Program-made: the position numbers and the translations under genes
Notes under the pieces: model-generated
The model's input: only the letters and a program-made list of their open reading frames with translations
Databases searched by the model: none
What the model was told of the DNA's origin: nothing
NCBI GenBank assembly: GCA_041482475.1
Contig: JBGPDX010000003.1
Coordinates: 1-38,703 of the forward strand
Source of the DNA: Candidatus Limnocylindria bacterium
GTDB taxonomy: Bacteria; Chloroflexota; Limnocylindria; Limnocylindrales; CSP1-4
Length of the DNA: 38,703 nucleotides
Direction of reading: 5' to 3'
In this document: positions 1 to 6,645 of the stretch, one piece after another
Layout of the letters: each line of letters opens with the position of its first letter
Position numbering within the stretch: the stretch's first letter is position 1

Positions 1-207
1 CTCGCGAATGACCTCCGCCAGCGTCTGTGCCGGCGACCCGGGCCGGGCGAGGCGTGCCAGGAGCCGCCGGGCGAGGTGGGGCTCGGCCGCGATCATGTCG
101 GTCATGTGGTACGGCGGGCCCGATCGCGCGGACGGCATCCCGGATCCCGCCCACGGGTCGGGCGCGGCCGGCAGCGGGGCCGTCGGGTCGAATGTCGTCG
201 AGCTCAT
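1..207 (-). CDS. SIS-domain (GlmS-isomerase-like) protein, 5' part only; runs off the window edge
   Basis: Hand translation from ATG 207: MSSTTFDPTAPLPAAPDPWAGSGMPSARSGPPYHMTDMIAAEPHLARRLLARL...; YHMxxxIxxEP resembles the start of SIS domains; TAGACT lies 6 nt upstream (leaderless pattern). Confidence 0.6.
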   Translation of the reverse strand, partial: MSSTTFDPTAPLPAAPDPWAGSGMPSARSGPPYHMTDMIAAEPHLARRLLARLARPGSPAQTLAEVIRE

Positions 208-257
208 CGGTCGAGTCTAGGTCGCCACTCCGGGCGCAGGTTCTCCTGGTGTCGCAG

Positions 258-349
258 GCGCAACGAATCGACCGAATCGACCCTTTGCCAGGTGGTCGGC
301 AGGCGCGTCCTGCGCGCGCGCCACGCTCGATTCGGGTCGTTCGTTGTGT
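258..349. repeat. Long imperfect inverted repeat / stem-loop downstream of sodX
   Basis: CAACGAATCGACCGAATCGA (261-280) pairs with TCGATTCGGGTCGTTCGTTG (327-346); inner GTGG/CCAC and GCAGG/CCTGC stems. Confidence 0.55.
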
Positions 350-386
350 TGCCCGCAACATCACCGTGGCCGGGTTTCCGGGCGGC

Positions 387-836
387 CTATGAGCGCCGCC
401 CAGGCAACCGACCGAACCGGCGCAGAGGCGCGTAGCGGAACCAGGCCCGACCCACCAGCAGCTCGAGCGGAACCGGCCCGAAACGGTGCGAGTCGCGCGG
501 CTCTCCGAAGCCCAGCTCGGCCGTCGTCGTGGCGTCCGCGTCGGCGGTCAGCCAGGCCTCGTCATCGCCGAGCACGAGGTAGCCCTCCGCGAACGACACC
601 CGCTCGCCGGGACCCGCGGCGACCCGCTTGATCGCCAGCTCGTCGGTGTCGGGCTCGCGGAACACGACGATCGACCCGGCCGCAGGCCAGCGACGCACGC
701 GCGGGTCGACCAGCAGCCAGTCGCCGGGCTCGATGGCCGGACGCATGCTCGCCTCGACGACGGCGACGCGCCATGGCCCGCGGGTCCGCTGCGCCGCCCC
801 CGACGGGCCGGGCGGCGCGGGTTCGGCGTCGCTCAG
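387..836 (-). CDS. sodX: Ni-SOD maturation protease (S26 signal-peptidase-like)
   Basis: VVEASMRPAIEPGDWLLV (catalytic Ser box), IKRV (Lys), DSHRFGPV...GRAWFRY; directly downstream of sodN; start uncertain (CTG at 836 overlaps the sodN stop). Confidence 0.85.
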   Translation of the reverse strand: MSDAEPAPPGPSGAAQRTRGPWRVAVVEASMRPAIEPGDWLLVDPRVRRWPAAGSIVVFREPDTDELAIKRVAAGPGERVSFAEGYLVLGDDEAWLTADADATTTAELGFGEPRDSHRFGPVPLELLVGRAWFRYAPLRRFGRLPGRRS

Positions 837-1264
837 CCGGGCCGGCCGGCGACCCGCGTCTTCTGCTCGCCGCCGGTCGCTTTCCAGGCCCCGTCGATCT
901 CGTTGATCAGGTCGAGGAGCTTCTGCGCGTCGGCCAGGTCGGTCGACGCCTTGACCTTCGACACCTGCTTGTTGGCGTTCCAGAACAGCTCGTGCAGGTT
1001 CGGGACCTTGGCGATGTGCTCCGGCTTGAAGTAGTCGTGCCACAGGACGTCGAGATGATGCTTGACCAGCTCGGCGCGCTCTTCCTTGATACCGATGCAG
1101 CGCGTCCGGTACGTGACGTCCGAGTTGCCCTGGTATTTCTCGATGATCTTGTAGCAGGACTCCGCCTCGATCCTCGCCTGCTCCGGATCGTAGATCCCGC
1201 AGGGCAGGTCACAGTGGGCGCGGGCGACGGTGCTGGGGGCGAGCCAGCGGGTCAGTCGGGACAT
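833..1264 (-). CDS. sodN: Nickel superoxide dismutase precursor
   Basis: 16-aa leader then Ni-hook HCDLPCGIYDP; KEERAELVKHHLDVLWHDYFKP; SD AAGGAG upstream of ATG 1264. Confidence 0.97.
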   Translation of the reverse strand: MSRLTRWLAPSTVARAHCDLPCGIYDPEQARIEAESCYKIIEKYQGNSDVTYRTRCIGIKEERAELVKHHLDVLWHDYFKPEHIAKVPNLHELFWNANKQVSKVKASTDLADAQKLLDLINEIDGAWKATGGEQKTRVAGRPG

Positions 1265-1327
1265 GGGACTCCTTCGGGCATGAAAGGTGGTTTCGTGCCG
1301 CCGGGGCGGTCGCGACTCGAACTTCGA

Positions 1328-1356
1328 AGTGTCCGAGTGCCGCCGCACGCTGTCAA
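1328..1356 (-). promoter_or_regulatory. Putative sodN promoter
   Basis: TTGACA (1356-1351), 17 bp, GACACT (1333-1328). Confidence 0.55.
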
Positions 1357-1367
1357 ACGTCGTGGGG
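1352..1367. repeat. 16-bp direct repeat, copy 1 (GTCAAACGTCGTGGGG)
   Basis: Identical to 2877-2892; degenerate copy GTCAAATGTCGCGG at 1386-1399. Confidence 0.85.
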
Positions 1368-1408
1368 GTTAAGGGGTAGGCACCGGTCAAATGTCGCGGT
1401 GGGCGTCT

Positions 1409-1498
1409 CGAACGATACGGACACCCACGAACGACCGTCAACGCTCGATGGGGGTAGTAGATAGACGCCTCTGAAGTTGCCGCCGGAGCGACTTGGGG
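1409..1498 (-). repeat. Left inverted-repeat module with outward (leftward) promoter
   Basis: Core 1448-1482 is the reverse complement of 2748-2782 (34/35); on the minus strand it continues into TTGACG-18bp-TATCGT; CCCCAAG on the inner side. Confidence 0.9.
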
Positions 1499-1544
1499 TC
1501 ACCGTGTCGGAGCGGAGGTCGATCGGAGCACCTCGCTGGTTCAC
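1497..1544 (-). pseudogene. ltaE: Truncated N-terminus of a low-specificity L-threonine aldolase
   Basis: GTG overlapping the NMO stop (GTGA) gives MNQRGAPIDLRSDTVT; IDLRSDTVT is the typical LtaE/GLY1 N-terminal motif; similarity ends at the repeat. Confidence 0.75.
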
Positions 1545-2545
1545 GTCGTGATCGTCGCCGCCGCTCGATCGATGGCAACCTTCGCTTCCGCGGCGATGCG
1601 ACGGACGATGGCGGCGGCCGGCGCGACGTCGCGGACGAGACCGACGCTCTGGCCGGCCCACAACGGCAGTGCCTCGATGTCGCCCACGACCGCTGCGTGG
1701 GGCGCGGTCGTCGCGTACCGAACGATGGGGTCGCCGTCCCACGTCGCCAACGTCTCGCCTTCGCCCGGCCGATCGGTGGTGGGCCTGCCCGCCGTTTCCC
1801 AGGCCCGGATGGTGCTGTTGCGCAGGAATCGTCCGGGTGCATTGGGCCAGCCGATGTCGAAGACAGGTGAAATCACGGTCGAGGTTTCTGGCGCCTCCAG
1901 CAGCAGCTCTCGATAGCGCGGGTGTGAGGGCGTCTCCTCGGCCATGGCGAAGCGGGTACCCAGCCATCCGGCTGCAGCCCCAAGCGCGAGAACCGCGGCA
2001 AGGCCACGTCCGTCGCCGATCCCGCCGGCGGCGACGACCGGCACGGGCGCCACGGCATCGACGACCGCCGGGATCAGCGGCAGGGAAGCCACCGAGCCCC
2101 AGACGTGGCCACCGGCCTCCCAGCCCTGGGCGACCACGATGTCGACACCGGCCTCGACGGCCCGCCGTGCCTCCTCGGCACTGCCGACCGTGTGCATCAC
2201 GAGGGCTCCGCCGGCATGCGCGATCGGGACCAGGGGGGCCGGGTCGCCCCAGAACAACGAGACGATCGGGACACCCAGGTCGACGACCTGCTTCAGTCGC
2301 TCCTCCTGCGGCCACTCGAGGATCAGGTTGACTCCGAATGGGTGGTCGGAGCGCTCGCGCATCTCTGCGATGATCGACTGAACCTCGTCTGTCTCCGACC
2401 AGCTCAGGCTGATCATTCCGAGCGCGCCGGCGTTGCTGACGGCGGCGGCCAGTGGTGGCCGCGCCATGCCGCCGATGGGCGCCTGCACGATCGGGATGTC
2501 GATGCCCACGAGTCGCGTGAACGGGGTGTCGAAGACGATTGCCAT
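1541..2545 (-). CDS. Nitronate monooxygenase (2-nitropropane dioxygenase) family flavoprotein
   Basis: PIVQAPIGG, AVSNAGALG, PFGVNL, VAQGWEAGGH, AAGGIGDGRG, LGTRF, WAGQSVGL; SD GAGGAG 6 nt before ATG 2545. Confidence 0.93.
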   Translation of the reverse strand: MAIVFDTPFTRLVGIDIPIVQAPIGGMARPPLAAAVSNAGALGMISLSWSETDEVQSIIAEMRERSDHPFGVNLILEWPQEERLKQVVDLGVPIVSLFWGDPAPLVPIAHAGGALVMHTVGSAEEARRAVEAGVDIVVAQGWEAGGHVWGSVASLPLIPAVVDAVAPVPVVAAGGIGDGRGLAAVLALGAAAGWLGTRFAMAEETPSHPRYRELLLEAPETSTVISPVFDIGWPNAPGRFLRNSTIRAWETAGRPTTDRPGEGETLATWDGDPIVRYATTAPHAAVVGDIEALPLWAGQSVGLVRDVAPAAAIVRRIAAEAKVAIDRAAATITT

Positions 2546-2604
2546 GGCCATCTCCTCTTCATCGTCACGATACGCGACGGGCCCGCTGGCGTAGGCTCTT
2601 CGAG

Positions 2605-2747
2605 ATGCCCGCCGCCCATCCGATCTTCGGCAGAGATGTTCCGGACGCCGTCTGGCGAGCGGGCCCGGACCTGCTGGCCGACGCTCGACTGGCGGGATTC
2701 CTCCGCTCGATCGGCGAACATGACCTCGAGCGCCTCCCCAAGGAGAC
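2605..2747 (+). pseudogene. Probable truncated 5' end of an unidentified gene, divergent from NMO
   Basis: TAGGCT 7 nt before ATG 2605; MPAAHPIFGRDVPDAVWRAGPDLLADARLAGFLRSIGEHDLERLP has coding-like codons and then runs into the repeat. Confidence 0.45.
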
Positions 2748-2821
2748 CGGCAACTTCAGAGGCGTGTATCTACTACCCCCATGGTGCGTTGACACTCCGC
2801 GCGAGCGCTCCGTATGGTTCG
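2736..2821 (+). repeat. Right inverted-repeat module with outward (rightward) promoter
   Basis: CCCCAAG..CGGCAACTTCAGAGGCGTGTATCTACTACCCCCAT (2748-2782), then TTGACA (2789-2794), 18 bp, TATGGT (2813-2818). Confidence 0.9.
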
Positions 2822-2876
2822 CTCCACCTCGCCCGCGTCCGGCTCAGCGTCCGCCTTGTCGCGTTCCCTATAACCC

Positions 2877-2892
2877 GTCAAACGTCGTGGGG
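2877..2892. repeat. 16-bp direct repeat, copy 2
   Basis: Identical to 1352-1367. Confidence 0.85.
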
Positions 2893-3036
2893 TCAGGTCA
2901 GAGCCGCGAGACGAGCAACCGCGGCGCGAGCCGTTGACACGCGGCGCGATCGTAGTCCAACCTAGCGGACGCCGACCCGACTGGAGCTTGACGGGGGAGG
3001 ACCGATGCTCCCAGGGTCGCCTGGAGGAGGTCCGTC

Positions 3037-4224
3037 ATGCGCGCCCCTCATCGTCTCGGCATCGTCGTGGGCGCCCTGCTCATCGGCGCGGTCTGGAGTC
3101 CGCTCCCCGCCTCTGCAGTGACGTCGCCCTTCCTCGTGACCGCGGACCGGCCGGCGGCCGTTCCGGCCGGCCACAACTGGAGCTTCAACGACTTCTTTCC
3201 GCGGACGTTCAGCGTCCATGCGAACCGCGTCGTGCAGTTCAGGATCCTGGGCTTCCACACGGCGACACTGCTGCCCACGGGCATGACGGTCGCCCAGGAC
3301 CGCAACCTCCACCGCCTCGTGAGGCTCGACGCCGACGACACGACCCGCAACGCCAACGGAACGCGAAAGTCGACCTTCGAGTTCGGGGCCTTGATGCCGA
3401 CATCGACATCCTGCGGGGCAGCGTCGAATCCGTGCGTCTTCAACGGCCACTCGATTCTGTCGAGCGGAATCTCGTTTGGGCCCCCCGGGCCCTTCTACGT
3501 CAAGGTCAGCGCGGCCGTCGGCACGTATCAGTTTCTGTGCCGCATCCACCCGGGCATGAGTGGCTCCCTGACCGTGGTCCCGGCAGGCACGCACGCCACC
3601 AGCGACACCGAGCGGAGCGCGCGGGTCAGTGCCCAGATCCGCGCGGATCGTCACGACGGTTTCGTCGCCGAAGCGGCGGCGAACGCCGCCGGCGTGCATC
3701 GCAACGTCGATGGCACGACGACGTGGCTCCTTTCGGCCGGGACCGGGACCGTCCACACCGCCGTCCTCGAGATGCTTCCGCGCAACGTGAGCATCCACAA
3801 GGGCGACACCGTCGCCTGGCGCAGTCCCGAGGTGAATGAACCACACACGGTGACCTTCCCGGAGGAGCAGTTCACTGATCTCCAGCCGAAGTGCGAAGGG
3901 ACCGCTGGGCTGGACAGCGACGCCGTGCCCGTCGTCTTCCCGCCCGCGTCCCCGCTTGACTTCGGCTGCGGCGGACCCCCGGCGCCGCCGCCCGACGAGA
4001 TCGAGTTCGGCGGTGGCAATGGCGTGCGCTACATCGCCACCACGAGCACGATCTCCGATTCGGGAATCCTGGCGAGCCACGCGTGGGACACGGCGCTCCA
4101 CCTGCCGTTCGACGCGGCGCGCGCCCAGTGGAGCGTGCACTTCGCCAACGCAGCTCCGGGTACCTATCGCTACATGTGCCAGATCCACGGGGACGCGATG
4201 CAGGGCTTCATCGTCGTTCACTGA
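3037..4224 (+). CDS. Secreted protein with two cupredoxin (plastocyanin/azurin-like) domains
   Basis: Signal peptide ending PASA; site 1 GFHTAT...YQFLCRIHPGM; site 2 EPHTVTF...YRYMCQIHGDAM; SD GGAGG. Confidence 0.85.
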   Translation: MRAPHRLGIVVGALLIGAVWSPLPASAVTSPFLVTADRPAAVPAGHNWSFNDFFPRTFSVHANRVVQFRILGFHTATLLPTGMTVAQDRNLHRLVRLDADDTTRNANGTRKSTFEFGALMPTSTSCGAASNPCVFNGHSILSSGISFGPPGPFYVKVSAAVGTYQFLCRIHPGMSGSLTVVPAGTHATSDTERSARVSAQIRADRHDGFVAEAAANAAGVHRNVDGTTTWLLSAGTGTVHTAVLEMLPRNVSIHKGDTVAWRSPEVNEPHTVTFPEEQFTDLQPKCEGTAGLDSDAVPVVFPPASPLDFGCGGPPAPPPDEIEFGGGNGVRYIATTSTISDSGILASHAWDTALHLPFDAARAQWSVHFANAAPGTYRYMCQIHGDAMQGFIVVH

Positions 4225-4245
4225 AGTCCCTCGCGGCGCCCGCCC

Positions 4246-4272
4246 TTCGACAACACGTATTTCGACAACACG
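4246..4272. promoter_or_regulatory. Tandem 12-bp direct repeat TTCGACAACACG (15-bp period), probable regulator site
   Basis: Copies at 4246-4257 and 4261-4272, about 100 bp upstream of the next gene. Confidence 0.5.
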
Positions 4273-4369
4273 GATGACGCCTTGCGCAGCCGCGCATGAT
4301 GCGTCGGACGGACGCGGCGTCGAGCGACTGGCGAACCCGCTCCGTCCTCCAGTCGGGAGGTGCCCAGCC

Positions 4370-4864
4370 ATGCGTCGGCTAGCGCTGATCTTGTGCTCCA
4401 TTGCGTGCCTGCTCTCGGTTGGGATCGCGCCGGTTGCCGCTGCGCCTCCCACGCGGGAGCCTTTCCCGGCGCCATGTCCAGCCTCGGGTGCGCCGACCTG
4501 CGAGGGCCCGGGGCTGGTCGTGTTGGTCACTGACACCTGCGGCTTCGAAGTGGACGTCACCTGGCCGGTCCAGCGCGAGCAGATCACCACGTTCTATGAC
4601 AAGGCGGGCGACCCCGCTCGGATGATCATCACCGGCCACCTCGTCGTGACCTTCACGAACCCCATCACCGGGAAGTCCATCACCGCCAACATCTCCGGGC
4701 CGGCGCACATCGATCTGATCAATGGCACGAATACCCAGGAAGGAAGGACGGGTGGGCCCATCTCCTTCCTGCCATTCTTCTACCTGTTCTCGGGCCGGAT
4801 CGACAACGTCAGCCAGGAGCTGCACGGACACCTCATCGACCTCTGTCCGCTCCTTGCTCCCTGA
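4370..4864 (+). CDS. Secreted hypothetical protein (beta-rich, Cys-containing)
   Basis: SD GGGAGG; signal peptide MRRLALILCSIACLLSVGIAPVAAA; high GC3. Confidence 0.75.
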   Translation: MRRLALILCSIACLLSVGIAPVAAAPPTREPFPAPCPASGAPTCEGPGLVVLVTDTCGFEVDVTWPVQREQITTFYDKAGDPARMIITGHLVVTFTNPITGKSITANISGPAHIDLINGTNTQEGRTGGPISFLPFFYLFSGRIDNVSQELHGHLIDLCPLLAP

Positions 4865-4985
4865 CGAGGATCCGGGCTCGCAACCCTGCGTGATCGGGTA
4901 GGGGGCAGGTGACCTCCGGGGGCTCGCACACGGGCCGGCACGGAGCCTGCAGAGACCTATCGGCGCACGGGTATCATCGGGCTCG

Positions 4986-6221
4986 ATGACCGACCGCGGC
5001 CTACCCAGCGTCGACGGTGCGCCCGCCTGCCCCTTCGTCGCGTTCGAGCACGATCGGGACGAACGGGCCACGAGCCCAGACCATCGCCACCGCTGCTACG
5101 CGGAGCCGCGGCCGGCGCCGCGGGCGCTCGCCCACCAGGAGGCGTACTGCCTGTCGAGCGCGTTTCCCGTCTGTCCCACGTTCCAGGACTGGGCCAGGCG
5201 CGAGGCGGCGCGGGCCCGGGGGGCGGGGGTGGGCGCCGCGGCATCGGCGGCCTCGACCGTCATCCCGTCCGGCCACGATCCCAGCCAGCGCAATCCGCCG
5301 CGCGACTGGTCACAGCCGCCGCCATGGGCGGCTGACGATGGTGGGCGCGGCGCGCTCGGCGCAGACGAGGAGGACGGTGAGGAGGCCGGCGCGGCGGGCT
5401 TCGTGGGTGGACGGCCGCAGCCGGGCAGCGGTCTCGCCGGCAGCGCCGCGGACCGCCTCGCCATGGGCGGCGGCGCTGGGGACCCGCCCGAGGCGCGACC
5501 GGCGTGGCCGGCCTCTGACGACCGGGGCCTGGCACGAGGCGCGACGCCGGATCCTGCGGCCGGAGCGGGGCTGGCTGGCGCGGCGGGCGGGCTCGCCGCC
5601 GGCCGCTTCGGGGCCGCGGCCGCGAGCGGAGGGCCACGAGACGACGGTGCCGACGATGCGTACTACGACGACGTCCGCCACCGCCTCGACTACAGCCGCG
5701 CCGAGGATCGCGGCGGCCATGGCGACGGCGAGCGGCGGTCGATCTTCGGCCGACGCGACAAGCGGCCGAAGGTGGGCGACTCGCGCCGTGGGCGCGACGA
5801 CGACGAGGCACCGTCCTGGGAGCGGCCACGCCGCTCCGAGGCCTATCCCACGCTCAAGACGAGGATGGGACTGCCGGGCATGTCGCGGGTGGCCCTCGCG
5901 GCAGTGGCCCTCTTCGCGGCGGCCATCGCGGTCTTCCTGCTGCCGGGGCTGGTGGGTGTCGGCGGGCCGTCGAGCCCGGCCGGCGGTGGCGCCTCACCCA
6001 CGCCGACGGCGGTTGCCTCGGCATCGGTCGCCCCGACGCCCGTCCCGTCGCCGACGCCGTTCGTCTACACGGTCGCGCCCAAGGACACGCTGACCCGCAT
6101 CGCGAAGAAGTTCGGCGTCACGATCGAACAGATCCTCGCCGCGAATCCCGCCATCAAGGATCCGAACAAGCTGGGCATCGGCGACAAGATCGTCATCCCG
6201 ACGCCGGCGCCGTCCCGCTGA
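4986..6221 (+). CDS. Single-pass membrane protein with C-terminal LysM domain and N-terminal Cys/His motif
   Basis: C-term YTVAPKDTLTRIAKKFGVTIEQILAANPAIKDPNKLGIGDKIVIP (LysM); TM helix; P/T/S linker; N-term CPF...HRC...YC...CP. Confidence 0.85.
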   Translation: MTDRGLPSVDGAPACPFVAFEHDRDERATSPDHRHRCYAEPRPAPRALAHQEAYCLSSAFPVCPTFQDWARREAARARGAGVGAAASAASTVIPSGHDPSQRNPPRDWSQPPPWAADDGGRGALGADEEDGEEAGAAGFVGGRPQPGSGLAGSAADRLAMGGGAGDPPEARPAWPASDDRGLARGATPDPAAGAGLAGAAGGLAAGRFGAAAASGGPRDDGADDAYYDDVRHRLDYSRAEDRGGHGDGERRSIFGRRDKRPKVGDSRRGRDDDEAPSWERPRRSEAYPTLKTRMGLPGMSRVALAAVALFAAAIAVFLLPGLVGVGGPSSPAGGGASPTPTAVASASVAPTPVPSPTPFVYTVAPKDTLTRIAKKFGVTIEQILAANPAIKDPNKLGIGDKIVIPTPAPSR

Positions 6222-6269
6222 CCCTCCGCCGCTCCCTGGCAGCGGGGCGCGCGACTCGGCGGACGGCGA

Positions 6270-6599
6270 TCAGCGCGGCGCGAAGTTGATCGAGGTGATC
6301 TTCCCGGACTCGACGCGGAACGTGGCGTCGAGGTGCTGCGACGGGGCGCCGGGGCGAACGACGAGCACGTCCGCCTCGTAGGTGTTGCCGGTGTCCCGGA
6401 CGTCTCCGGGGATCATCCGCAGGCCCTTCTCGCCGCGCAGGAACCAGCCGCCCACCCGCTCGACGCCGCGGTACGTCTGGACGCTGTCGCCGACGTGGAC
6501 CCGCATCTCGGTGGCATCCGCCATGAGGCCGACCGCGCCCTCGCGGTCACCGGCGTTCAGCAGCTCGAAGAAGGCTTCCATCGTCTCGACCGCACCCAT
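6270..6599 (-). CDS. NTF2/SnoaL-like protein
   Basis: FFELLNAGDREGAVGLM...YRGVE...FRVESGKITSI pattern; TACACT 6 nt upstream. Confidence 0.75.
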   Translation of the reverse strand: MGAVETMEAFFELLNAGDREGAVGLMADATEMRVHVGDSVQTYRGVERVGGWFLRGEKGLRMIPGDVRDTGNTYEADVLVVRPGAPSQHLDATFRVESGKITSINFAPR

Positions 6600-6645
6600 G
6601 GGCGGAGTGTACGGCGGCCGCCGTCCGGGTCACAGGCGGTGCACA

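Noticed and set aside
2748-2793. Both truncated genes read through the repeat in the same frame as GNFRGVYLLPP, and the one mismatch is synonymous
   Set aside because: The next codons differ non-synonymously (SS vs WC), and a shared frame has a 1-in-3 chance; a DNA-level site is the simpler explanation.
1346-2944. Target-site duplication around the TGTCAA...TTGACA ends
   Set aside because: Only CGC matches on both sides, which is uninformative in GC-rich DNA; not called as an IS.
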